A stretch of 64,000 nucleotides of DNA from an uncultured Prevotellaceae bacterium (GCA_937910905.1 CALEPV010000066.1:19759-83758), one strand, 5' to 3'; numbered from the stretch's first letter, positions 53,541-63,094 are shown. Translations and numbers: made by a program. The notes: generated by a model from the sequence alone, not told the origin.

Positions 53541-55991
53541 ATGACAACAAGACAATTCGTGACCACCATGATGCTGGCTGTAGGTGCTACGGCTGGCGCG
53601 CAAACTGATTCGCTGCGTCTGGAACAGATGCAGGAAGTGGTGGTGAGTGGTGTCAGGGCACAGAAGGATGCCCCCTACGCCGTTGCCAACATTCGCAAGC
53701 AGGAGCTGCAGCAGTTCAGCACCACCACGCGTGAGCTGCCCCACCTCTTCGCCCGCACACCGGGCATAGTAGCCTGGAGCGAGAACGGAATCGGCACCGG
53801 TACCACCTACATGCGCATCCGTGGCGCCGGCGACTCGCGCATCAACGTGACGCTCGACGGCGTGCCTCTCAACTCGCCTGAGGACCAGTGCGTGTTCTGG
53901 GCCAACATGAACAGCTATGCATCGCTGCTCGGCTCGGTGCAGATACAGCGCGGCGTGGGTACGTCGACCAACGGCGACGGAGCCTTTGGCGGTACCATAG
54001 CCCTGAGCACGGCAGCGCCCAGCTACGTGCCGACTGGCGAGGTGAGCGTGCAGTACGGCTCCTACAACACTTGGCGCGCAGGCGGCAGCTTCTCTACAGG
54101 CCTGCTCTACGACCAGCTGATCATCGATGGAGCATACCACCACACCGCTACCGACGGCTTCATGCATGGTACCGACGGGCGAAGCGGGTCGTACTACGGT
54201 GGCATCACATGGCTCGTCACACCGCGGCTCACGATACGCTACAAGAATATAGGCAACTACGAGAAAACGGGTCAGGCATGGAACGGTGCCACGGCCGGCA
54301 ACGACGACAGCAGTCTGATGGACGGCATGTACCTGGGTGCCACAGGCATCAAGACCTACAAGGATATGTACGATGCAGGGCTTGGCCGGTACAACTCGCT
54401 CTATGAGCAGATAGTGTACGATGCCGACAACTGGGCCTTCCCACAGAACGCTGACGGCACATACCAGACCCAGCGTTACCAGATGGCCGACGGCTCGCTG
54501 TGGCGTCGCACCACCGACAACTTCTGGCAGGACCACAACATACTCTCGGCCGTGTTCGACATAGACCAGCACTGGACGGCTACGGCATCGCTGCACTACA
54601 CCCACGGCTACGGCTACTACGATGAGTTCCGCCCCAACAACAAGCTGCCCAAGAAGTTCGGCATCAATGTGTTCGACGCCAGCGGAGACCAGTTCAGATC
54701 CGATGTGGTGCGGCAGAAAGGCTTGCGGCAGGATGCCTACGGGCTGGTGGGTAACGTCAACTACCGCGACTCGCACTGGGATGTGGTGGGAGGCCTGTCC
54801 ATGCAGAGCTTCGAAGGCAACCACTTCGGATATGTCACATACATAAAGGATGCGGCAACAGCAACCGCCTATCTGGCTGGTGGCAAGTATCGCTACTACG
54901 ACTCCGACGCCACCAAGAACGATGCCAACATATACGCTAAGGCCGCTTACCGCTTCGGTGGAGGCTGGTCGGCATTTGGCGACGTGCAGTTCCGCCACGT
55001 AGGTTTTCTCACCAACGGCGTTAACGACCGCTTCGTCAAGCTGGCCGACGGTACCTATACCAACCAGCTGCTCAACGTGTCGAAGCAGTACAACTTCTTC
55101 AATCCGAAGGTCGGCACGAGCTGGACACGCGGCGGTCACCATGCCTATGCATCATTTGCCTTGAGCCACCGCGAGCCAGAGCGCAACAACTTCACCGACA
55201 ACTACAACTACCCTGCACCTGTGGCCGAGAGCCTGCTCGACTACGAGGCCGGCTACACCTACACCGCCCGCACATGGCGCGTGGGAGCCAACCTCTACTT
55301 CATGGACTACGACAATCAGTTCGTCCAGACAGGTGCTGAGAGCGACATAGGCGAGAAACTGACTACCAACGTCAAGGACTCCTACCGCATGGGCGTGGAG
55401 CTCACAGCGGGCTGGGACATCACTCCGTGGCTGACCATCGAGGGAAATGCAGCGCTGAGCCGCAACCGTATCAACGACTTCGATGAGGTCATTGAGGACT
55501 GGCGCGACAAGTATGCCGATGACCCGGCAGCCAACGCTGCAGCGATGGCGCAGTACCACATCGACGGCGACGGCGACGGCTTCCGCACCATTCACCACGA
55601 CGGTTCGACGCTTGCCTTCTCGCCTTCGATGCTGCTCAACGGCTTTGTGGACTTCCATAGCGAGGGCTTCACAGCGACATGGCACACGGGCTACGTAAGC
55701 CGTCAGTACCTCGACAACAGCGAGGACAAGGATCGCTCACTGCCATCCTACTGCGTGTCCGACCTGCAGCTCAGCTACACCCTGCCCATCCATAGTTTCT
55801 TCTGCCCAAGGTCCATTATATTCGGTCTGAACGTCAACAACATCTTCAACCACCGCTACGCAGCCAACGGATGGGTATACTCGGCCATCGACGAGAAGGA
55901 CGGCTTCACGCCCGACCACCGTTACTATCAGATAGGCTTCATACCAATGGCAGGCACCACCGTCATGGGTAGTGTCACGTTGAAGTTCTAA
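53541..55991 (+). CDS. TonB-dependent outer-membrane receptor (riboswitch-linked, predicted thiamine uptake)
   Basis: Signal peptide, plug (VVVSGVRAQ...TYMRIRG), beta-barrel, C-terminal ...GSVTLKF. Start trimmed to ATG 53541. Confidence 0.88.
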   Translation: MTTRQFVTTMMLAVGATAGAQTDSLRLEQMQEVVVSGVRAQKDAPYAVANIRKQELQQFSTTTRELPHLFARTPGIVAWSENGIGTGTTYMRIRGAGDSRINVTLDGVPLNSPEDQCVFWANMNSYASLLGSVQIQRGVGTSTNGDGAFGGTIALSTAAPSYVPTGEVSVQYGSYNTWRAGGSFSTGLLYDQLIIDGAYHHTATDGFMHGTDGRSGSYYGGITWLVTPRLTIRYKNIGNYEKTGQAWNGATAGNDDSSLMDGMYLGATGIKTYKDMYDAGLGRYNSLYEQIVYDADNWAFPQNADGTYQTQRYQMADGSLWRRTTDNFWQDHNILSAVFDIDQHWTATASLHYTHGYGYYDEFRPNNKLPKKFGINVFDASGDQFRSDVVRQKGLRQDAYGLVGNVNYRDSHWDVVGGLSMQSFEGNHFGYVTYIKDAATATAYLAGGKYRYYDSDATKNDANIYAKAAYRFGGGWSAFGDVQFRHVGFLTNGVNDRFVKLADGTYTNQLLNVSKQYNFFNPKVGTSWTRGGHHAYASFALSHREPERNNFTDNYNYPAPVAESLLDYEAGYTYTARTWRVGANLYFMDYDNQFVQTGAESDIGEKLTTNVKDSYRMGVELTAGWDITPWLTIEGNAALSRNRINDFDEVIEDWRDKYADDPAANAAAMAQYHIDGDGDGFRTIHHDGSTLAFSPSMLLNGFVDFHSEGFTATWHTGYVSRQYLDNSEDKDRSLPSYCVSDLQLSYTLPIHSFFCPRSIIFGLNVNNIFNHRYAANGWVYSAIDEKDGFTPDHRYYQIGFIPMAGTTVMGSVTLKF

Positions 55992-55999
55992 GCATCCCT

Positions 56000-56602
56000 A
56001 TGTACGAGTTCATTCAGCACTACGGCCTCGACATAGCAACCACTCTGCTGGGCGTGATATACATCGTGTTTGAGTATCGCGCCAGCATCTGGCTGTGGCC
56101 TGTGGGTGTGCTGATGCCGCTGCTCAACATCTTCCTGTTCTACGACCGGGGTCTATATGCCGACATGTCGATGTCGGTGTACAGCACCTTGGCTGCGCTC
56201 TACGGCTTCCTGCTGTGGCGCTTCGGCAAGAAGAAGGAGCAGGCGGAGCGCCCGATAACGCATATCCCATGGCGCTCGCTGTCGATAGCCACCGTGGCGT
56301 TCCTCACCATCTGGGCCGTCATATACTATCTTCTGGCGCACTACACCAACTCCACGGTGCCGATGACCGACTCGTTCACCAATGCCCTGGAGATTGTCGG
56401 CCTGTGGGCTCTGGCACGCAAGTACGTGGAGCAGTGGTTCATATGGATTCTCATGGACGCCGTGGCAACGGTACTCTACTTCTACAAGGACATGCCCTTC
56501 AAGGGCACCCTTTATGCAGCCTATGTGATCATAGCTGTGGCCGGCTACCGCGAGTGGCTGCGCAAGATGCACACAGAACAGCAAACGACAACTGCTATAT
56601 GA
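56000..56602 (+). CDS. pnuT: PnuC-family transporter (PnuT-type, predicted thiamine permease)
   Basis: 200 aa. PnuC-like helices (WLWPVGVLMPLLNIFLFY..., ...ARKYVEQWFIW). Under a TPP riboswitch. Confidence 0.8.
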   Translation: MYEFIQHYGLDIATTLLGVIYIVFEYRASIWLWPVGVLMPLLNIFLFYDRGLYADMSMSVYSTLAALYGFLLWRFGKKKEQAERPITHIPWRSLSIATVAFLTIWAVIYYLLAHYTNSTVPMTDSFTNALEIVGLWALARKYVEQWFIWILMDAVATVLYFYKDMPFKGTLYAAYVIIAVAGYREWLRKMHTEQQTTTAI

Positions 56603-57891
56603 CACTCTTCGAGCTCAACAACATCGTTCAACAGGCACTGAAACTCACGCTCGATGACAGCTACTGGGTGGATGCCGAGGTCAGCGAGGCACGTCTGGCC
56701 AGCAACGGCCACTTCTATGTAGAGTTCACTCAGAGCGACACATTCGGGCGGGGCATGGTGGCCAAGGCACGCGGCACGATGTGGCGTGCCACCTACGCAC
56801 GGCTGATGCCCCGCTTCGAGCAGGCTACCGGCGAGCGCCTGCGGGCCGGCATGAAGGTGAGGGTAGAGGTGCAGGTGGTGTTTCACGAGCTGTATGGCTA
56901 CTCGCTGAACATCATCGACATCGACCCTGCGTTCACCCTTGGCGACATGGCTCAGCGGCGGCGCGAGATACTGCGCCAGCTGGAAGCCGACGGCATCATC
57001 GAGGACAACCGCTCGCTGCCGCTGCCTGCGCTACTGCAGCGCATAGCAGTGGTGTCGTCGGCCACTGCTGCCGGCTACGGCGATTTCTGCAAGCAGCTGA
57101 CGTCCAACAGCGAGCATCTGGCCTTCGACCTGCGGCTCTTCCCGGCCGTGATGCAGGGGCAGCACGTGGAGCAGAGCGTGATGGCGGCGCTACAGGAGGT
57201 CTGTGCCGACAGCGCGCGATGGGATTGTGTGGTAATCATTCGCGGCGGTGGAGCTACCAGCGACCTGGCCGACTTCGACAGCTATCCGCTGGCAGCGGCC
57301 GTGGCGCAGATGCCGCTGCCGGTCATCGTAGGCATAGGACACGAGCGCGACACCACGGTGCTCGATGTCGTGGCCCATACTGCGCTGAAGACCCCCACGG
57401 CAGTGGCGGCATTCATCCTGGACCATCAGCTGGCCGCGCTGCAGCGCGTGGAGACCGCCGCCACCACGGTGATGCGTGCTGCGCGAGAGACAATGCTGCG
57501 TGAGCGCAACCGCTTCGAGCTGATGGCACGCACGCTGCCGCAGAGCTTCCTGCTGCGCTGCGAGCGTGAGCATCGCCGCATAGACGGCCTCATGCAGTCC
57601 CTGCCACACACGGTGAAGATGCGCTGTGAGCGCGAGCGGAGCCGGCTGGACAATGTGGAGCAGGGGATGAAGCGCACGGCCAGTACACGCCTGCAGCAAG
57701 CCGCGATGCAGCTGCAGCTGCTGGAACAGCGCTGTCAGGCTCTCGACCCGCAGGTGCAGCTGAACCGCGGCTACTCGCTCACCTACCACGACGGACGCCT
57801 GTTGCGCACAGCCGCAGGCCTGCACGACGGCGATGCCATTGCCACACGCCTGGCCGACGGGGTGCTGCACACGGTGGTCAGACAGCCTTAG
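56599..57891 (+). CDS. xseA: Exodeoxyribonuclease VII large subunit
   Basis: MTLFELNNIVQQAL...VDAEVSEARLASNGHFYVEF...IIRGGG motifs. The ATG overlaps the pnuT stop (ATGA). The track ORF from 56095 is an out-of-gene upstream extension. Confidence 0.9.
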   Translation: MTLFELNNIVQQALKLTLDDSYWVDAEVSEARLASNGHFYVEFTQSDTFGRGMVAKARGTMWRATYARLMPRFEQATGERLRAGMKVRVEVQVVFHELYGYSLNIIDIDPAFTLGDMAQRRREILRQLEADGIIEDNRSLPLPALLQRIAVVSSATAAGYGDFCKQLTSNSEHLAFDLRLFPAVMQGQHVEQSVMAALQEVCADSARWDCVVIIRGGGATSDLADFDSYPLAAAVAQMPLPVIVGIGHERDTTVLDVVAHTALKTPTAVAAFILDHQLAALQRVETAATTVMRAARETMLRERNRFELMARTLPQSFLLRCEREHRRIDGLMQSLPHTVKMRCERERSRLDNVEQGMKRTASTRLQQAAMQLQLLEQRCQALDPQVQLNRGYSLTYHDGRLLRTAAGLHDGDAIATRLADGVLHTVVRQP

Positions 57892-57947
57892 GCGTTAATA
57901 TCTGTTATAAGTTGGGCGCACAAGGGTGTTGTGTTGAGCAGAGTTGT

Positions 57948-57955
57948 TAACTTTG
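57948..57955 (+). promoter_or_regulatory. -7 box TAacTTTG for the DUF1573 gene
   Basis: TAACTTTG 25 nt upstream of ATG 57980. Confidence 0.5.
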
Positions 57956-57979
57956 CAAGTCAACCGTAACCAAACAGCT

Positions 57980-59059
57980 ATGACCTTACGACGCACAGCA
58001 TCAGCAATAGCTATATATACATTCTTTATTGTTCTGTCTGCGGTAGCCCAGCCACGCGTGGAGGTGGTCAACGACATCGTGAACATGGGCGAGGTGATGT
58101 ACCGCACCCCGCGCGTGGCGACTTTCGAGCTGCGCAACGTGGGTACAGAACCCATGCACATCACGGCTGTGAACCCCTCGTGCGGCTGCACTAAGGTGGC
58201 CTACGAGCAGGGCGAGGTGGCAGCTGGAGCCAGTACGCGCATCACTGCCGAGTACGACGCACGGCTGCTGGGCACGTTCCAGAAGGAGCTGGAGGTGTAC
58301 ACCGACGGTGCTGCCGAGCCTCTCTACCTGACGTTGCAGGGCCGTGTGGTGGCCACGATGACCGACTATTCGGGCTCGTTCCCCTACGACCTGGGTGCCG
58401 TGAAGCTGTCGGCTGCAGAGGTGGAGTTCGACGACGTGAACCTGGGCGACCGCCCTGTGGTGGAGCTGCAGGTGGTCAATGTGTCGCGCCACAGCTACAC
58501 GCCGCAGCTGATGCATCTGCCACCCTACATCGAAGCCAAATACATACCCGAGCGTCTGGCAGGCGGGCGTGTGGGACGTATACAGCTCAAGCTGAACAGC
58601 GATCAGCTGAAGAGCTACGGCCTCACGCAGACCACTGTCTACCTGGCTCGCCAGCCGGGCGACAAGGTCAGCACGGACAATGAAATCAGCGTGTCGGCCG
58701 TGCTGCTGCCGGCATTTGCCCACCTCTCGGCTGCCGAGATGGCCGCTGCACCGCACATGGAGCTCTCGGAGGACAGCCTCGACATGGGCGCCATGAAGGG
58801 CAAGAAAAAGCTCTCGCGCACCATCACCGTGAGGAACACGGGGCAGTCGCCGCTCATCGTGAGCAGCGTGCAGGTCTACGGCAAGGCGCTGGGCGTGAGC
58901 CTGTCGAACCGCACCGTAGAGGCTGGGCAGACGGCCAAGCTGAAGATTACGGCCTATCAGCAGTACGTGGCTACGGCCAAGACCATGCCGCGCGTGCTGC
59001 TCATCACCAACGACCCGTCGTGGCCGAAGCATACGATAAGAGTGAACGTAACGAAATAA
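57980..59059 (+). CDS. Secreted DUF1573 (ASPM/SPD-2/Hydin-like Ig fold) repeat protein
   Basis: Signal peptide. F.L.N.G..PL.I....SCGCT motif (FELRNVGTEPMHITAVNPSCGCT) and a second related repeat. Confidence 0.7.
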   Translation: MTLRRTASAIAIYTFFIVLSAVAQPRVEVVNDIVNMGEVMYRTPRVATFELRNVGTEPMHITAVNPSCGCTKVAYEQGEVAAGASTRITAEYDARLLGTFQKELEVYTDGAAEPLYLTLQGRVVATMTDYSGSFPYDLGAVKLSAAEVEFDDVNLGDRPVVELQVVNVSRHSYTPQLMHLPPYIEAKYIPERLAGGRVGRIQLKLNSDQLKSYGLTQTTVYLARQPGDKVSTDNEISVSAVLLPAFAHLSAAEMAAAPHMELSEDSLDMGAMKGKKKLSRTITVRNTGQSPLIVSSVQVYGKALGVSLSNRTVEAGQTAKLKITAYQQYVATAKTMPRVLLITNDPSWPKHTIRVNVTK

Positions 59060-59066
59060 TCCCGAT

Positions 59067-60164
59067 ATGGAACACCCCGAGAACAACGAAGAGTATAAGG
59101 GTCTGACCGTGAACAGCGGCATTGAGCAGCCCTCAATCCTCAACCCGTATCTGCAGCGCAACCGTTTCCGCAGGCGCCAGCTGACGGTCGACGACTACGT
59201 TGATGGTATACTCAGTGGCAACGTGACCATACTGGGTCAGGCCGTGACGCTCATCGAGAGTACCAACCCGCAGCATCAGGCTGTGGCACAGGAGGTGATA
59301 GAGCGCTGCCTGCCACACAGCGGGCGCTCGGTGCGCATAGGCATCAGCGGCGTACCGGGAGCGGGCAAGAGTACCAGTATAGATGAGTTCGGACTGCATG
59401 TGCTCAACGAGCATGGCGGCAAACTGGCTGTGTTGGCCATCGACCCGAGCTCGGAGAAGACCAAGGGAAGCATACTCGGCGACAAGACGCGCATGGAGAA
59501 GCTCAGCGTACACCCCGACTCATTCATACGCCCCAGCCCCTCGGCCGGCTCCTTGGGCGGTGTGGCCCGCAAGACCCGCGAGACCATCATACTGTGCGAG
59601 GCGGCGGGCTTTGACAAGATATTCGTGGAGACCGTGGGCGTAGGCCAGAGCGAGACAGCCTGCCACTCGATGGTCGACTTCTTCCTCGTGATACAGCTGG
59701 CAGGTACCGGCGACGAGCTGCAAGGCATCAAGCGCGGCATCATGGAGATGGCCGACGGCATAGCCATCAACAAGTGCGACGGCGACAATGTGGAGCGCTG
59801 CCAGCTGGCGGCCACGCAGTTCCGCAACGCCCTGCACCTCTTCCCGATGCCCGAAAGCGGCTGGATGCCCAGGGTGCAGTGCTACTCAGGCTTCTACGGA
59901 CTGGGCATCAAGGAGCTGTGGGACGGTATCTACGAGTACATCGACTTCGTGCGCGGGAACGGCTACTTCGAGCATCGGCGCGCGGAGCAGGCCAAGTACT
60001 GGATGTACGAGAGCATCAACGAGCAGTTGCGCAACGGCTTCTACAATAACGAGACGATAGCCTCGCTGCTGCCGCGCGCCGAGCAAGCGGTGCTTGACGG
60101 ACAGAAGACATCCTTCGTCGCAGCCAAGCAGTTGCTCGATGCCTACTTCGCCCTGCTGAAATAG
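59067..60164 (+). CDS. meaB: MeaB/ArgK-type G3E GTPase (methylmalonyl-CoA mutase chaperone family)
   Basis: GISGVPGAGKST Walker A, ETVGVGQSE and NKCD motifs. Confidence 0.88.
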   Translation: MEHPENNEEYKGLTVNSGIEQPSILNPYLQRNRFRRRQLTVDDYVDGILSGNVTILGQAVTLIESTNPQHQAVAQEVIERCLPHSGRSVRIGISGVPGAGKSTSIDEFGLHVLNEHGGKLAVLAIDPSSEKTKGSILGDKTRMEKLSVHPDSFIRPSPSAGSLGGVARKTRETIILCEAAGFDKIFVETVGVGQSETACHSMVDFFLVIQLAGTGDELQGIKRGIMEMADGIAINKCDGDNVERCQLAATQFRNALHLFPMPESGWMPRVQCYSGFYGLGIKELWDGIYEYIDFVRGNGYFEHRRAEQAKYWMYESINEQLRNGFYNNETIASLLPRAEQAVLDGQKTSFVAAKQLLDAYFALLK

Positions 60165-60184
60165 GCATTCTGAAGGATAAAAAG

Positions 60185-60272
60185 TTGCACCGCGGTCCAG
60201 CAATAGTTGGACCGCGGTGCAACTGTTGTTGCAGCACGCTGCAAGTGTCGCTGCAGCACGCTGCAACTTTAT
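60185..60272 (+). repeat. Phased palindrome array, locus E (4 units plus CTTT tail)
   Basis: Units at 60185, 60207, 60229 and 60251: TTGCACCGCGGTCCAG, TTGGACCGCGGTGCAA, TTGCAGCACGCTGCAA, CTGCAGCACGCTGCAA, then CTTTAT. Lies between convergent meaB and ispH. Confidence 0.95.
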
Positions 60273-60313
60273 GCTGTAGTATGGTGCGTGTGCTGGTTGT
60301 TGTGCGGTGCGCG

Positions 60314-61207
60314 TCAATGCGCGGTGCAGAGCTGCTCCACGCGGGCCTTGCACTGCTCCATGAGCCACTTCGGTGTAGAGGTGGCGCCGCAGATGCCGAT
60401 GCTCACATCCTGCAGGCTGGTGGCGGCAGCGGAGGCGCGGAACATGGACTCGTCGATGCTCTCCGGCGAGTCGATCATATAGGAACGTAGGTTCACCTTG
60501 AGGCACTCGTCGAACAGCACGCGGCCGTTGCTGCTCTTCTGTCCGCACACGAAGAGTACCACGTCGTGGCGGGCGGCGAACTCGCGTATGTGGGGCATAC
60601 GGTTGGCCACCTGGCGGCAGATGGTGTCGGCGTAGGTGAAGTGGGCAGTGGGTGAGATGTGCTGCTGGATGTAATCCACTATCTTGCGGAAGTCGCCCAG
60701 CGACTTGGTGGTCTGCGAGTACAGGGCAATGTCGCGGTTGAAGTCCAGTCGCGCCACGTCATCGGGGTGCTCCAGCACTATGGCTGTGCCCTCTGTCTGC
60801 CCCACGAGGCCCAGCACCTCGGCATGTCCGCGCTTGCCGAAAATCACGATTTGGCGGGTGTGCTGCACATCGCTGTCGTACTCGCGCTTGATGCGCTCCT
60901 GCAGATGCAGCACCACGGGACAGGTGGCATCGATGATGTTGATGTTGTTGCGGCGTGCCTGCTCGTAGGTGGTAGGTGGTTCGCCGTGGGCCCGCAGCAG
61001 CACGTTGGCATCGCGCAGCTGGGCAAACTGCTCGTGGTTGATGGTGCGCAGCCCCAAGGCATCCAGCCGCTGCACCTCGCGCCCGTTGTGCACGATGTCG
61101 CCCAGACAGTAGAGCTGCTGCCCTCGGGCCAGCTCCTCCTCGGCCTTGCCGATGGCGCGCGTCACGCCGTGGCAGAAGCCGCTGCCGCTGTCAATCTCGA
61201 TGGTCAT
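60314..61207 (-). CDS. ispH: 4-hydroxy-3-methylbut-2-enyl diphosphate reductase
   Basis: GFCHGV...IVHN...CPVV motifs of IspH/LytB. Confidence 0.95.
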   Translation of the reverse strand: MTIEIDSGSGFCHGVTRAIGKAEEELARGQQLYCLGDIVHNGREVQRLDALGLRTINHEQFAQLRDANVLLRAHGEPPTTYEQARRNNINIIDATCPVVLHLQERIKREYDSDVQHTRQIVIFGKRGHAEVLGLVGQTEGTAIVLEHPDDVARLDFNRDIALYSQTTKSLGDFRKIVDYIQQHISPTAHFTYADTICRQVANRMPHIREFAARHDVVLFVCGQKSSNGRVLFDECLKVNLRSYMIDSPESIDESMFRASAAATSLQDVSIGICGATSTPKWLMEQCKARVEQLCTAH

Positions 61208-61896
61208 CGGGCGATTCTCTCCTTAAACCGCTCCAGCAGCCACTCTCTCTGCTCGTCCTTGGTCATGTGCGAGTTGTCCAGCACCAGGGCATCGTCGGCT
61301 TGGCGCAGCGGATTGACGGCGCGGGTGGAGTCGATGTGGTCGCGCTCGCGCAGGTTGCGCAGCACGGCGTCGAAGTCTGGCTGCTGGCCCTTGGCCTTGA
61401 GCTCGTCGAAGCGGCGCTGTGCGCGAATCTCGTCGGAGGCGGTGACGAAGAACTTCAGCTCTGCGTGCGGGAACACGGCTGTGCCTATGTCGCGCCCGTC
61501 CATCACTATGCCGCCGGCCTCGCCCATCTGCTGCTGCAGGCGGGTCATGGCCTCGCGCACGAAGGGCAGGGCAGCCACGTGGCTCACCAGATTGCTCACC
61601 TCCATGGTGCGTATGGCTGCCTCGACGCACTCTCCGTTGAGGTACGTGTCGGGCTGGCCGCTGGTGGGGTTAAGGCTGAACGACACTTCCACCTGCGGCA
61701 TCTGTGCCTCCAGCTCAGCTGTGCGCACTGTACCGTCGGCGCTGATGAGCTCGTGCTGCATGGCGTAGAGCGTGCAGGCACGGTACATGGCTCCGCTGTC
61801 AACGTAGATGTAGCCTATCTCGCGTGCCAAATCCTTGGCCATCGTGCTCTTGCCGCACGATGAATGGCCGTCGATGGCGATGGTGATTTTCTTCAT
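61204..61896 (-). CDS. cmk: Cytidylate kinase
   Basis: [14 protein letters not shown]-loop. YVDSGAMYR. Confidence 0.95.
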   Translation of the reverse strand: MKKITIAIDGHSSCGKSTMAKDLAREIGYIYVDSGAMYRACTLYAMQHELISADGTVRTAELEAQMPQVEVSFSLNPTSGQPDTYLNGECVEAAIRTMEVSNLVSHVAALPFVREAMTRLQQQMGEAGGIVMDGRDIGTAVFPHAELKFFVTASDEIRAQRRFDELKAKGQQPDFDAVLRNLRERDHIDSTRAVNPLRQADDALVLDNSHMTKDEQREWLLERFKERIAR

Positions 61897-61905
61897 TATA
61901 TGTAT

Positions 61906-62892
61906 TTACAGATTATACTGTGCAGATAGCATCAGTGTGGATGTTGATACGTGGTACTTCGCATACGACACCCCCACCTTGAAACGCTTCAAGTTCAGGC
62001 CGGCGCCCAGACTCAGACCTGCACCGTGGCTGCTGCCGGCGGCCTTGAGCTCGCGGGCACGGCGGCAGTTGAAGCCTCCGGCCACGTAGAACTGCTCCGA
62101 CAGCAACAGGTCCACGCCCAGCACAAAGTGGTTCAGCAGTATGTGGCCTGCACCCTCCTTGCCGTCGGGGTTGTAGTAGTCGCGTGCGCGCCAACGTGTC
62201 AGGTCAGTCATCGTGACGGAGAATCGGAATGGGGCGTTCTCCAGCCGCTTTGTGAAGCCGGCGCGAAGGTCGAATGGCAGGCGCTCGCTGTGGTCGGCGA
62301 AGCGCTTCACCTGACCGCCCAGATTGGCTGCTACCAGCGAAGCCGAGAAGTCGTGGTCCTCATCGAACATATTGAGGCCAAGGTCCACGGCCAGCGCCAG
62401 CGAAGAGTACTCGCCGTACTTGGAGTACACCATCTTGCCTGTGGCACCGCCGGAGAGAAACTCCGACAGCACGTAGGAGTAGCCGCCGCTGATAGCCATG
62501 TCGAGCGATGAGAATGTGCCCAGCTCGGCACCGTTGACATCGGTCTCGGTCATGCTGCCATAGCTCACGAACTGTGCGCCCATGCCCCATGTGCCACGCT
62601 CGCTGGCTGCCTGCGTCCATGCGGCATTGCCGGCCTTGACGCCGCTCATGTAGGACATCGCACCGAGGGCTATGGCGCGGTCGGACGCGTTCGACATGAG
62701 TGCCGGATTGTGCAGCAGCAGCGCTGCATCGTCATCGGGCAGGCTGACGTTGGCTCCGCCCAGGGCCATGACGTGGGCCGAGGTGGGCAGCGAGAGGAAA
62801 TGGTATATCGACGTGCTCTCGCCCTGCGCCTGTGCCGACTGCACAAACAGGGAACAAAGGAGCAGCAAAACAATGTGTCTGAACTGATTCAT
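61906..62892 (-). CDS. porQ: Type IX secretion system outer-membrane protein PorQ-like
   Basis: Signal peptide, FLSLPTSAHVMALGGANVS motif and a beta-barrel-like alternating pattern. Start trimmed to MNQFRH at 62892. Confidence 0.7.
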   Translation of the reverse strand: MNQFRHIVLLLLCSLFVQSAQAQGESTSIYHFLSLPTSAHVMALGGANVSLPDDDAALLLHNPALMSNASDRAIALGAMSYMSGVKAGNAAWTQAASERGTWGMGAQFVSYGSMTETDVNGAELGTFSSLDMAISGGYSYVLSEFLSGGATGKMVYSKYGEYSSLALAVDLGLNMFDEDHDFSASLVAANLGGQVKRFADHSERLPFDLRAGFTKRLENAPFRFSVTMTDLTRWRARDYYNPDGKEGAGHILLNHFVLGVDLLLSEQFYVAGGFNCRRARELKAAGSSHGAGLSLGAGLNLKRFKVGVSYAKYHVSTSTLMLSAQYNL

Positions 62893-62952
62893 GGAGTGTT
62901 TTTGATTCGGCCTTTGCGGAGTAGAACCCATGTCGGGGCACGGAATCGCTGG

Positions 62953-62960
62953 CAAAGGTA
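62953..62960 (-). promoter_or_regulatory. -7 box TAccTTTG for porQ
   Basis: Reverse complement reads TACCTTTG, 61 nt upstream of ATG 62892. Confidence 0.5.
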
Positions 62961-63086
62961 GGCATTTAACTGATATTATAACGTAACGGAGGCCCCTTTT
63001 GACGTGCAGAACAACCATTTTTGTGAAAAAAATGCACCTTGGCCAAAAAAAAGTGGCAAACGAAACAGCGTGTCAAGAAAAAGTGC

Positions 63087-63094
63087 TACTTTTG
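63087..63094 (+). promoter_or_regulatory. -7 box TActTTTG for the tonB-like gene
   Basis: TACTTTTG 45 nt upstream of ATG 63139. Confidence 0.5.

Noticed and set aside
53508-55142. 544-aa ORF on the minus strand
   Set aside because: It is antisense to the well-supported TonB-dependent receptor gene. It has a low-complexity V/A/G/R-rich composition typical of antisense frames in GC-rich DNA, and no recognisable motifs.
56095-56598. N-terminal 168 codons of the 598-aa track ORF 56095..57891
   Set aside because: This part overlaps pnuT out of frame and is Arg/Ala/Gly-rich. Recognisable XseA sequence begins at ATG 56599 (MTLFELNN...).
16674-60272. CRISPR interpretation of the phased arrays
   Set aside because: The spacers are only 6 bp and are themselves conserved between loci. 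The arrays have 4-5 units, the repeats are 16 bp, and there are no cas genes or leader.
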